Assembly (NCBI GenBank): GCA_000934665.2
Contig: KZ538143.1
Coordinates: forward strand, 62,001-116,160
Source of the DNA: Catajapyx aquilonaris
Taxonomy: Eukaryota
Length of the DNA: 54,160 nt
Reading direction: 5' to 3'
Shown: positions 39,430-50,338 of the stretch, in pieces
Layout: each line of letters starts with the position of its first letter
How positions within the stretch are numbered: the stretch's first letter is position 1
Position numbers and translations under genes: made by a program
The notes under the pieces: model-generated
The model's database searches: none
The model's input: only the letters and a program-made list of their open reading frames with translations
Told to the model about the DNA's origin: nothing

Positions 39430-40240
39430 TGTCACCACCTTTCTTTCGACAGAAAAACTGATGAATCTAGACGTCCTCCAAAAGCTCCTGATTGAAACGT
39501 CAAACGCAGAGAAATGAAGTTTGACCCCAAACCAGTCCTACCCATTGATTCTCCAGTTCTATCAAGTCTCTCCTGCATATCTGCATTCCACCTTCTCTTT
39601 GATACGGTGCCAATGCTCCAGATCACTCCTTGAATCTCAAACAGAATGGTACTGTGAGGACATCACCAGTATATCGTTAGAAAGGGTAGTCGTGCTTCCG
39701 GGTTTTGTGTGCAGTACACTGCATCCTTTTTTTTTTATCAGTGCAAGGCAACCCCCCCTCCCTTGCATATCGATCCTTGTGTAAAACAGCGAGGGGAGGG
39801 TAGAGTCTATAGCAAGGGGGTCTGGTTGGGGAGGGGAGAGTCTAGAGAGAGAGAGAAATAGGCTTCCTCTATTTCACGCCAGCCTTGCGTTTATATGCCG
39901 AGAGGGACTATTTTGACCTGGAGAAGGGGGGGTCCTATAAGGTTTTACTCGACTTACGTGCCCGATTACTTCTGGGGGCACGACATTTCCTAGGGTTGGA
40001 ATCCAGGGCAATAGTTGGGACTAATTCATCACGGGTTGTTGGAAAGGCGCATCCGGAGGATAAACAACAGTGCCCGGATATTAAGCGCTTTTCAAAATTA
40101 TTGCTGACTGAGCCGAAACCAATATGCGTAAGTCACATTAGAATTGGACCCGATTGTCTGGGGATGCTGAAAAATGCTGCAATTTGGGTTCTGTTTCGGA
40201 ATAGTTAATTTTCACTTTTAGAGCGTTGCGCATTTTTTTT
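39430..40240 (+). pseudogene. decayed rhabdovirus-like glycoprotein G ectodomain, candidate EVE
   Basis: Ordered motifs: YPLILQFYQVSPAYLH, VLPGFVCST, YFTP..CVYM, KVLLDLRARLLLGARHFLG (cf. HVLVDEYTGEWVDSQFING) and LKNA-CNL-FCFG (cf. ACxxxFCG). Confidence 0.55.
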
Positions 40241-41289
40241 TGGCGACTGAGCTTGGTGTAAGTCCGGACTTGGCCATCACTTTTTGGTGTAATCAGGCCA
40301 GGCCCGTGACGTTACATTCGCTTAACAAAGCTGCTCCCTGTATCTGACAGGGGTTTTATATCCAACATTTTCAAGGAGAAGAGCGTTAATGGACCTTATA
40401 AAAGGATTATAATGAAAAGGATTATGGGGCTACAAACGACGTGGCATTTTAGTTCGCTTCCAATTTCAAGGCGCTTATTATCCACTTGATTTCCCCCGTG
40501 CCGTACGGGAGATATACCGGTATTGTGTTGTGATCTCGTGACGTATACAGTATTTGAAAGACCTGCAAATGGAAAGGGGGCAAAAAGTTGGTTGATTTAT
40601 TGGTGTAGTGCAGGTTTTTGGCAGTGTCCCTGACGCATAATTATCGGCTAATGGTATTATAAAGTATCAAGGGGTAAGCTCATCTGGGGGTCATTCTCAT
40701 GGACTCGCACTACTGGCATTAATTATCAGCTTTATGGCATACGTTACCTCCACTAAAGTTTGGGAGATAGGCCTACGTCATCAAGTGCTTCCCATACAGA
40801 GGGATTACACATGGAAGTTCACTAGAATGACAAAGCATCCTCATGTAGAGTTATAGGCAATTAGTAAAGCAAATAATGTCGTTTATTGTTGCGGAATTGA
40901 GTTTTTTATGCGTTACAGACTGTTGCTAGTTGGACAGTTAAAAATTTACAATTATAGGAATCGATGTATTGTTTGAAGTAAAATTGGCGTGATTTTAAGC
41001 CATATCAGGGTGTTACATATACCGTCTGATGTAAGCTGACACTCGTATTAATTTTATTTTAAATTTGGTTCAATATATTTACAATTAATTTTAATAGCCA
41101 CAGCATATGTGTACCTCGTCCTCGCACCAGCAGCTAATGACATCCAATCACCGATCATTAAATTAATAGCAATTAAGTTAATTAGCTCAAAGGCATCCCA
41201 TTAATTCAATTCAAAGGCATTAGGTAATTCATTTAATTGTCGATCAATTTAATGATAGGTGATAATACCCAGTCCCTTCCATCACATCC

Positions 41290-42045
41290 AACAGCCGCCA
41301 CGACGTCACAAAACTCTCAACAAAAACCCCGTCTTCACCGAACTAACAAACCACGACCGTAAATCTCGATCCCCACAAGACCAAAAGCCCCACACATGAT
41401 ACGGCTGAAACCCTGCAAAAAGATAGGCTTTGTTACCCACCAAAGGGTATAGTAGGGGGAGAGGCTGGAATATCTCGGCTTTCCAACCCTAATCCCTAGA
41501 AAGATGGCGCGGCTTTTTCGGCAGACCCTACGTTTACCTCTACTGCGATTCCGGGTAATGAAGGGCAATGATTTAGCCCTTCCTCGGATCGTATCCTAGA
41601 GTCCTTACGATCGGCACAGCAAAGGATGATGGCCTTAGAGGTGGGGGATACGCCCAAACCCTTGCGCAGAAAAAAAAAAAATCGGAAGAATTCTCCTCTC
41701 AGTTCCTGTCTAGGAACTTAAGAAAGGGAATCGAGCTCTCTGTCAGGACGCCATTATTCTAGGCTCTATCTCCACCGCACCTTAAAAAAGAAAAAAAAAT
41801 TAGCCTCCATTGTCCTCTAGGGATCTTATCCCTCCGGATGACTCCTGAGAATAATTCTCTGCGCAGGCGGCAGGCATCTCCTTTCTAATTTAGATAATAG
41901 ACTATGGGGGGGTCCCCTGTTCAGAGCAGAATCAAGATGGCGGGTTTTGCACCAGGGACAATCTACCAAAAGTGACGGCCTCGCCAACAATGACCGTTTG
42001 TTGGAAGCTGGCTCGTAATGAATCAGCTCTAAAGGGGAGAGCACT
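41290..42045 (-). pseudogene. possible Mononegavirales L N-terminal fragment
   Basis: ORF 41826-42044 contains KTRHLDSALN about 35 aa from the island edge (cf. HL[DR]S[AP]L). Decayed coding-like sequence with long T runs follows. Confidence 0.4.
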
Positions 42046-43049
42046 ATTTAATATTAGTTCGTTTCAGAGAAGTGCTGCGGGTTGGTGAACTTGGCTATTG
42101 TGCCATATGAGAGCCTCCAGTAAATATGGGCTCTAGTACATACACATTCAATCACTTATCTAATCGGCGAGCTTTTCATAAAGTCGTACAAAAAACGGTT
42201 GATTAAAAAAGCGGCACGAGAAGGCCTTCCGAAACAGATTTATCACATGGCGCGATGAAAGTCTGCTTCTGTCGTCTAAAGGTAGTGATAAATGTAGGAG
42301 CGAGTTGCCAGGGCGCATAAATGAGACTGCTACATCTATTGATGCGAACTTGATTATTTTTCCTGTTATATTTCGCTTGAAGCTTGCATATATTCAGAAG
42401 GGCGTGCCATTTTCCTTTTTTTCCGACATTTCCTTTGATACATTAGAGCAGGGGACTATTCATTAAGGTGTACTGTAATGATAGCAGTGAATGAAAGCCT
42501 CAAATTTTCTGGCTGATTTAATATAGAAGCGTTGCGTCCAAAGCTATGGGCATGATTTTTTTTTGCATGTCACGTTCTTTGAGTTGGCTTTGCCCTGAAT
42601 GTACAGTATGCAGCTGGGAAGTACTGCATGCATGTGAGGCCGCAAGTTAATACCACAGGCTACAGACTGATTACATAAACTCTATGGAGCATAAGGCGAG
42701 GAAACATGATTGAAATAATAATCTGCGTCATTTCCTCATCTTCATTCAGTGTACAGTGCACAGTATTACAACAGCTAATGCATAGTTTAGGTTATGTAAA
42801 CCAGTGCTTGTATGTATATACAGTGAATATGACGCCAGCAATTTGCATGCACATATTTTTACAGATTTTTCGGTATTATAAAGAGACCATACCCGTTAGG
42901 CTGATATCACTTAAGAAATTGCTTCATACAACGTGATTACAGTGCTTTTTGGCAAGTTGTTGGAAACAAAGGTGCTCATATATGCATAACCACAGTTAGC
43001 ACTTTCAACTCAACTAAACGACCTCCACTTTTTTTATATTTTTACATCA

Positions 43050-43670
43050 CGAGCCGCAGGTTATATCCACACCTCTAAAATTGTGGTCTGCAAATGAAGG
43101 CTATCCCACACCAAATTTGGGGCGCCTCATGCAATGGAGCCGCTCTCATCGCGACCCCCAGATGGAGTTGGGTGTCTATACCTACTTTCCATTAGGAAAA
43201 GTAGTAGACTCGAAATTTGCCTATTTTGTGGCCCGGAACCTCATTCATGAAATTAGGAGCTAGAGGAAGAAAACGTGATGGCCTGGAAATGGCTTTCGAG
43301 AAGGGATCCTTCCCAAATCCTTCCATCGCCACCAAACTCTGGTCCGAAATCTTCACCATGGCCACCCTCGGAAGGAAAATGAGAAAGAAAGAAGGCGGCT
43401 TGAGTAAAAAAAAAAGAAGAAGAAGAAGTTGGCCCAGTGAAGAAAAGCTCCCTGAGCAACCTCACCCGGATTAGAACTAATCAAATGCTAGAGGTTCTGG
43501 TGGAGATAGAGCCGCTTCTTTCCTTTCCCGGAGAGGATTCTCACCCCACATCAAGAGATTGCTTGTTCTTCACACTTCTTTTCCTCCTCACCGTTCCAGA
43601 TACTTGGAAAAGCCTTCGTGACCTTTTTTTCCCCCTTTGCACAGGCGAAAGAAGGTCAAAAAGTTAGTCA
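43050..43670 (+). other. unassigned decayed virus-like island
   Basis: Three overlapping 60-85 aa frames joined by apparent frameshifts (ATKLWSEIFTM; NQMLEVLVEIEPLLSF), with the same homopolymer signature as the other islands. Confidence 0.3.
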
Positions 43671-45264
43671 ACACAAGATGTTTCAAATATTTGCTCAAAC
43701 ACTTAGGGCAGCAACGGTTGAGGTTGTAATAATAAGAGACGGAAAGAAAAATTAAGGCAGACCCTGTACAGAAAAGTCAAAAGTTTTTTTTATGGATTTC
43801 AGGTTATGCTCTTGCATTATTGATGCCAGATTCGGAGTAAGCGAATCCAGAAACCTCCTATAATTATATGGATTCCACTGCAGTCACTTTCTCATATTGG
43901 AATCGCATTATTGGATAAACTTTACAAAGGGGAAAGAATTTGTGCAGATCTTTTTCCAAGAACAGAAAGGGCTACACAACTTTAGAAGTTGTTCTTCTGA
44001 CGGGTGTTATTAGATTTTGCAGGCTTTAATCCGCGGGTAGAAAAATCAGGGCATGTTGTTTGTGCAGTACTCCAAAATTATAGTCTATAATTATACTACT
44101 TCATTAATATTGTGTTTCGTTACAAAACTAACTCTTGCGGTTCTATCAACAAACTGAGGGTATTTTGAATACCTACACATAGATTTTTTTTCTTATTGTC
44201 TGGATAAAACTAAGTAGGCCTACTGGTTATATCAGCTAATAACATTTCATTATGTGTACTGTATACATATTTTCTATTCATTTGCATTTATACAACATGG
44301 CCTTGTGCACAATTTTTTCAATTAAAATTTTTTAACATACCATCAGTCGAGCCAATAGTCCAGTTCAAAATGTATAGCCACAACTAACAGACTATTTAAT
44401 ATCATGCTAATGAGACAGTAATTGAAGTGTGCATTAAACATGACACTCAGTGACCCATATCTGTGACGCTATCTATCACCTCACAAAGCAGTTTGTTCAA
44501 ATGTACACGTCCTGCTGTCACTTCTAACGACCACGTGGTGGGACAGTGATTCACAATAATGGTCTGCACATCACATCGATTTCGCAACAATCATGTCGAG
44601 CGGAGTGTGGGGAAGCTCTCAGGAGAAACCCTTTGCCTAATGTGCTGCAGTGCGCCAGGCTAATTATTTATACGCTCGTTAAAAACCGTCGCTTTAGCTC
44701 GCACAACAAAACACTCGTGCTCTCAAAAATTCCCGGGTTAAATCCGGTCCAGTAGCTCTCTCATATTTTCGACCTTATACACTGTATAGGATGATTCATA
44801 ATGATTGGGAGAAACTTCTATACTATCTCTATAGGATGAAAATAATTTCATGTCCAGACGACATTTGGTTTCTGCAGCATCATTACCGGAATAATGGCCA
44901 TTAAACACAAGGAGTTAAATATCTGGGAAGGTGTGCGTCCGTCTACTTAGCTTTGTTCATAAAAATAATGACAATCTGACTGTTTTAAAATAATGGTTAG
45001 GCCTACTCGTTACGATGATGATTCCAATATAGATGTTAACCCCTATCTACTTACAGTGCAGAGTTCTCAGGCAATGGGAGTGTCGTAGCGTGTATCCGTC
45101 ATGTATAGGCGGTATACTGAACTTTTAATTAATAATGCTAATTATCTAGTAACAAATGTGTGCAGACACATAAGTGATCTGAGGTATCAAGTAATTCGCC
45201 CTATAGGAATCCACTTGAATCATTTTAAACCATCCAGTATATTTTTATACTGTATCTGTATTAC

Positions 45265-45758
45265 CGATGCGCATGCGTCAAAATGTACACCGTTGGCCAT
45301 CAATCATCATTACTGTAATTAGCTTGCGAGAAATAGGCCTAAGCCCCCTTCATTCTCATCTCATTTCATAACGAAACTCACACAAGTGTAATCATAAGAG
45401 AATAGACGAGACTACTCAGTTGATAAATCGTGTAATCAAGTAATATTATTGACCTTCTCTTTTATATTAACACATGTATTAACATGTGTTAATTATTTTC
45501 AGATTGTTCAGAGTATTAAAATTTTTGTGTCCAGTACTATGTTGGTTGATAACTTCTGCCCTGTATTCTGGCAGTACTTGATGTATTTTTCGATCCTGAT
45601 CGTCTGCGGCATTCATTATTATTCTTCACAATAATAATAACGCGAGTGTCGTTATGAACTTACGGTATATGACTAAGAGTGAATGATTCCTCGCAAGCCA
45701 ATTACAGTAATGATGATTGATGGCCACAAGTGTACGATATTTTCACGCATGCGCATCG
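45265..45758. mobile_element. MITE / foldback element with about 70-bp inverted repeats
   Basis: CGATGCGCATGCGT..GTACAC..TGGCCATCAATCATCATTACTGTAATTAGCTTGCGAG (45265-45334) is inverted at 45686-45758. Weaker symmetry extends outward to about 45070 and 45890. Confidence 0.8.
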
Positions 45759-46334
45759 ACAATATAAAATAAAATAAATAAGTAAAAATAACAAAACTTG
45801 ATTGCACGATTTTTCAAACTACAAGCTGCTTGTTACTAATTTAATTTAATTTTTAAAATATATTAATTAATTCTGCTGTCCATTCTGCCTAGCATTTGCA
45901 GCTATATCATTTTTAAAATATTGGTTCCAAGTAACTGTTTAAAAATAAGAAGTTTCGTGCGAAAAACCGCTAACCAGTACAATATTGTAATTCACTGAAT
46001 TAGCAATCACAAGTCATGTAGCATTTAATTACGTGTTAAATATACATGTCATTTTTTTCCATCTCTGAATTCCTAATTTCAACTCCCAGTTTAATAAAAA
46101 AAAAACACACACACATTTCCACCTCGTTGCACCACACCTTTAGTATTTGCCACATTTCCCCCCCTCTCGCCACACCAAAAAAGCCCGCTTTTAATAAAAA
46201 AAAAACTGGTTTGAAGCGAGCCCAGGCATCAACAGTAACCCAACAAAAATTCCAAGTAATTAATTACTATGGTACCGTCCTCCTTTCAACCCCACAGGGC
46301 TAATCCAATTTAATCTCACTCCACCAAACTCTGC

Positions 46335-47170
46335 CCCTATCCCAAAGATTCCTTTTCCTTGGAGTCATTCAACTTGTTGCACACAAGATTCTTATAGGAA
46401 TTATTTCCTCCAAGTCAATCACTCTTGTCGCAACGACCCTGGGAAAATAAGAGCCTTTAATAAAATTAAAACCTTGGTGGGACAAAAACTACAGATTGGG
46501 CCGTAAAAACCGACACGCCGTAAAATATGCGCAGTAAAGTGGTAATCAGTGTCATGAAATGGGTTTCCAATAGCACTTTATTCTATTCTTTCAAAAAAAC
46601 CCAACCTACAAAAATGTCGATTTTCATTCTCTCGGGTGGTGCGCCATCACAATCATTCCGGTCTGTCTGATATGATTCGGTGTTCGGTTTCAGTTGGAAG
46701 GGAGAAAAAAAAAACTGGTTTCTTTTGTGTCCAAACGGGCTGATGACGCGGTTTTTCTGGGATTCATGGAAAACAATCTTTTCCGGTTGGATAAGGATTC
46801 ACTTAGTAACAATAGGCCTTGTACAGGGGGTCGTCGACCGTGCAATTACACTGAAACCTTTTCTTTTTTTGTACTTTCGTAAGGTCCGGATTTTGTGTCC
46901 GGGGATACAATTTCCATACGATTTGGCTGCAAAGTCCGGAGGAAAAAGCTTGAGAAGCTTATCCTTTGCTGAGATACTCCGGAAAAGTCAGGACCTGAAA
47001 ATCCGGGATGCTGTTGACTGTACAAACAGGATCGAAAGAAAGAGGATATGGTCATTTACATTTGTTTTTGCAAAGGCCCATCTTTGTCAATTCTTAGGCA
47101 AATACGGAACTTTATCCGGGTGTATGTCAATATTGGTTGATTCGAATTTTTCGGATTAGTTCGGGTGGCA
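46335..47170 (+). pseudogene. decayed rhabdovirus-like glycoprotein G ectodomain, candidate EVE
   Basis: Signal-peptide-like SQRFLFLGVIQLVAH, then LGWCAIT, RC..FSWKGEK (cf. GWMC...TTCDFRWYGPK), IQFPYD and AKAHLCQFLGKYG (cf. ACxxxFCGKxG). Confidence 0.5.
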
Positions 47171-47587
47171 ATATGTCAGATTGCCACGCCTTTTTATTTG
47201 CACTTGTGACAATCATGACTGACAGGCCCGATCCGCACTGTGGTCAAATTACACCCAAATGTGTCAAAACGTGATACATTGCAACCTCCCAATCTCCCAA
47301 TATTTCATACGTTTTTTTCCCGGCCATGCAGTTGTTATAAGGCGGCATGAACGTGACATTTTGGTGCAGAATGTAAAAGATGTGCAGTGTAGCATGACCA
47401 ACTCGTGTTTATCACCCAGGCGATAAAGCCAGGATTAAATGTGCACGTATGCACTTCAAGACTGGACTTATGAACTTGCAGTACACTGCAAAATTTCATA
47501 CGCATAGCCAATTTGCTTACATTATAGGCCTACTCGGATAAGATGTTTAAGCAAGGATGGTGAGCGTGTATCCAACATATTTATGTA

Positions 47588-47884
47588 AGGGAAGGCGAAG
47601 TGGCGCTGTATGCGCCCACGAATGGAAGGGTCCCGGGTTCGATACCAAGCCCGGGCATTCCCCCTTTCATATCGTGCGGAGTTCGGGGTCATCTCCGGCT
47701 TCGTCTAGGGTGGGATTTCCCATAGACGAACCACCCGGGGGAGCTCACAAAATGACCATAGTGCCGACATTGCACATGCCCTCGGACCAGGCTCTTCGTT
47801 GTCCAAATTAATGTACATGTTGGCAAATAAAGGTCTGTGTCAAATCCTCAGCTGAGGTACGGCACTAGACCCTATTATTATTAA
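47588..47884 (+). mobile_element. tRNA-derived SINE with 14-bp target-site duplication
   Basis: AACATATTTATGTA is duplicated at 47574-47587 and 47885-47898. B-box-like GGTTCGATACC at 47636; (TTA)n tail. Confidence 0.85.
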
Positions 47885-47928
47885 AACATATTTATGTACA
47901 GTCACGGAAATGAGTAAACTAGCCGAGT

Positions 47929-48105
47929 TGTCAGGTTAGCCTCAAAGAGAGGCGATCGTGGAGGCTAATTTGAGCTTCAGATACAGCGTGCCCCATGCGA
48001 AGGTCCGGTAGACTTTGACTACCTCAATTCGCGGCCCTTTCTAATTGGCATCGGGCAGACCTGAAGCTCAAGTTAGCCTCAAAGACAGGATCGGCTAATT
48101 TGACA
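47929..48105. mobile_element. small palindromic MITE-like element upstream of the zyxin-like gene
   Basis: Inverted ends TGTCAGGTTAGCC / GGCTAATTTGACA, internal inverted GAGGCTAATTTGAGCTTCAG / CTGAAGCTCAAGTTAGCCTC, and direct repeat GTTAGCCTCAAAGA. Confidence 0.6.
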
Positions 48106-48550
48106 TATCTGCTACCTGACTCACTTCCGCACCGGGGAGTGTCTAGGTCAAGTTCATGAGGTCAACCCCACGCTTCTTCCGGCCCTGACGAGTCACCCTG
48201 TGAGTCAGTAGACTTGTTTTTTCATCGCATCCTGTTGCAATGGGTGCCGTCATCCATCCAACATCACTCCAGGCGAAACAGCAGAGGGCAGGAGTGCTCG
48301 GGAAGTTCCTCCTCTCCCTTTATCTTTGTAGTCTGGTGGTGGGTAGGTGGACCCACATGAGAGCCTTTGGTGGTTATGTGCATGCGCCTTGGACACCCAT
48401 CGACTCCGACCAACAGCTCAGGGGGCGTTGTCTTGCCGGCCAACACCACACAGGAGGGACCACCAGGTATGTTGATGGACCACGAGGATGCTGGTTGGGA
48501 CACACACATTCACATTTACTGATTGATTTGCATGGTTTCAGTGACTGAGC

Positions 48551-48679
48551 ATGGCGAGTGACTTGGATCAGCAGCTGGCCAGGCTCCACCTGCTGACCGG
48601 GGCTTCACCGGGGCCGGAGATGGCTAAGAAGAAGGTGGGACCTGCTGTTCCGCCGAAGCCGAAGAAGGCGCAGCCACAG
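48551..48679 (+). CDS. zyxin / lipoma-preferred-partner-like protein, first coding exon
   Basis: MASDLDQQLARLHLLTGASPGPEMAKKKVGPAVPPKPKKAQPQ; KKVGPAVPPKPK resembles zyxin/LPP KKFGPVVAPKPK. Acceptor at 48541, donor CAG|GT at 48680, upstream UTR donors at 48200 and 48467. No LIM domains were seen in the window, so the family call is tentative. Confidence 0.7.
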
Positions 48680-48886
48680 GTTTGCATATTTGTTTTGCTG
48701 TGTTCCATATAAAAGCTGTAAATCTGCTTGAGGGTTGTGACACTGACCCGAATTGTGAGGTCTCTTTTTGCTGCCGTCACTTGTACTTGAGGAGCAGCTG
48801 AGAGGTCTGCTAATGGGGGAAGTTTGTAGAGTGTATCTCAAGGACATAATTTATATTGGGAGAGTAACAAAGTGTGTAATTTGTAG

Positions 48887-49175
48887 GTTCCTGTGGTGTC
48901 CAAGAGCTACAGCTTGAAAGGTCCGGTTGAACCGTCATTTAGCGGCCGAGGGACTGCCCAGCCGGTGTACTCCAACATGCCGGACTACAATGGCTCGGAG
49001 TACAGTAACTGCAACAATAGCAGCGCTTCCAACTACAGCAACCAATCCAACTATAGCAGCCTCTCCAACTACAGCAATGTGGCAAACTACAGCAACCTCT
49101 CAAATTATGGCAACATGTCCAACTATGGCAACTTATCCAATTACAGCGATTTGGACACCCTCAATTCTGCTCCCA
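48887..49175 (+). CDS. zyxin/LPP-like protein, second coding exon (Ser/Asn/Tyr-rich)
   Basis: Acceptor TTTGTAG| in phase 0 with exon 1; reads VPVVSKSYSLKG...LDTLNSAP; donor A|GTAAGT at 49176. Confidence 0.8.
49028..49153 (+). repeat. coding 18-bp tandem repeat x7 (SNY[SG]Nx hexapeptide)
   Basis: TCCAACTACAGCAACCAA-type units with mostly synonymous variation. Confidence 0.9.
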
Positions 49176-49734
49176 GTAAGTTTCCAGCTTTTGATATACT
49201 GCATATTGCGCAGACGTTTATGGGTTTTGCAACTGCACCATTTGCATAGTGATGACTGACACAATGCATTTTTCCACTCACTTTCCGCTGTTGCCAAATG
49301 GAATGGAATTTAAAACATGATGATGCATGCACATGCTGTGAAGCAGTGTGGCAAATGTATTGCTGTGTGCTTAATTGATGCAATATTAATGACTGTGGGG
49401 TTATGCAACAATGTCAGTTACTGGAAATGATGAGTAATTATGAGCAGTTTAAAATTAATGGCATACATTCAACAAGTCTCACGCTACAATAGTTTGTTTT
49501 AGAGTATTGACAAATATTCGCTTACAGTCAGGCATCACAAAAGCAACTCAGATCTGCAAGGTGGCACTGCCACAAAAGTACTACCATGGCCAAAAAGACG
49601 AAGATGTTCCTTCAGAAGTGGCTCCAACAAGTTCACTGGAAAGTGATGCCTGTGGTCCAACATGCATGTAGGCCTACAGTCCTTCTCATAAAGAATGGCA
49701 CGATTCTATGAACGAAATGTTTAACCTGACTGTT

Positions 49735-50029
49735 CAGCGGTGTTCCCAACCTTATAAGTCGCGACCCTATGAACAATCTTTTCTGGACCTCTAGCGACCC
49801 ACATGACCCCTCCCCATCCCAATTTTTTCCTGAAAATTATTATTGCCAAAATGTTTAACCCTAGGGTGGTGCAATGCTTACGTAGATTTGAAATTAATTT
49901 CACCCCTAAAATTTTCCATCTTTGTCTTGCTTTTTTCTTTTCATTTTTGCTTTATTTTCATTCCCTTTTCCTGACCTTCCCTGCGACACCTACAAACGTG
50001 CTGGCAACCCAGGGGATGGGAACAGGATG
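49735..50029. mobile_element. degenerate hAT-type MITE (intronic)
   Basis: Ends CAGCGGTGTTCCCAACC / GGATGGGAACAGGATG with subterminal GCGACCC repeats. Confidence 0.5.
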
Positions 50030-50338
50030 AAAATTTCGTCCATAGAGTATTAGTGTTGTACCATTCTTGATGAGCGGTACTGTACACTACATTATGTTAA
50101 GAATATAACATCCATTATTGTATATTCAGGTTGGAGTGGAGACACCACTGGAAATTCAGTAGAGCCACTCATGATGGAACTCCTTCATCTTTTTGTTTTT
50201 GTTAGTACAGGTAGTCCTAGTTTATGAATGACCCCACTTATGGATATCCGTACTTACGAATGGGCTTCCAAGGCTCCCTAGAAGCTCACTTTCAATCACT
50301 TCTGTGTATGTTGACCGTCACGAAGTTCAACATAGATA

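Noticed and set aside
46620..47160. Minus-strand frame open if TGA=Trp (mitovirus or Spiroplasma origin), or an intact 159-aa plus-strand gene
   Set aside because: Plus-strand G-like motifs are spread over several frames, which fits a frameshifted relic better. The antisense openness is explainable as a shadow.
2430..47170. Canonical CRISPR array or conserved direct-repeat/spacer array
   Set aside because: No identical or near-identical direct repeats separate the islands, no cas genes are present, and the DNA is eukaryotic. Only weak short motifs recur.
47588..47660. tRNA gene
   Set aside because: A B-box is present but there is no proper cloverleaf. It is the head of a TSD-flanked SINE.
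48240..48847. ORFs of 70-102 aa on both strands near the zyxin-like start
   Set aside because: They overlap 5'UTR exons and introns or are antisense to the real exon; no recognisable domains.
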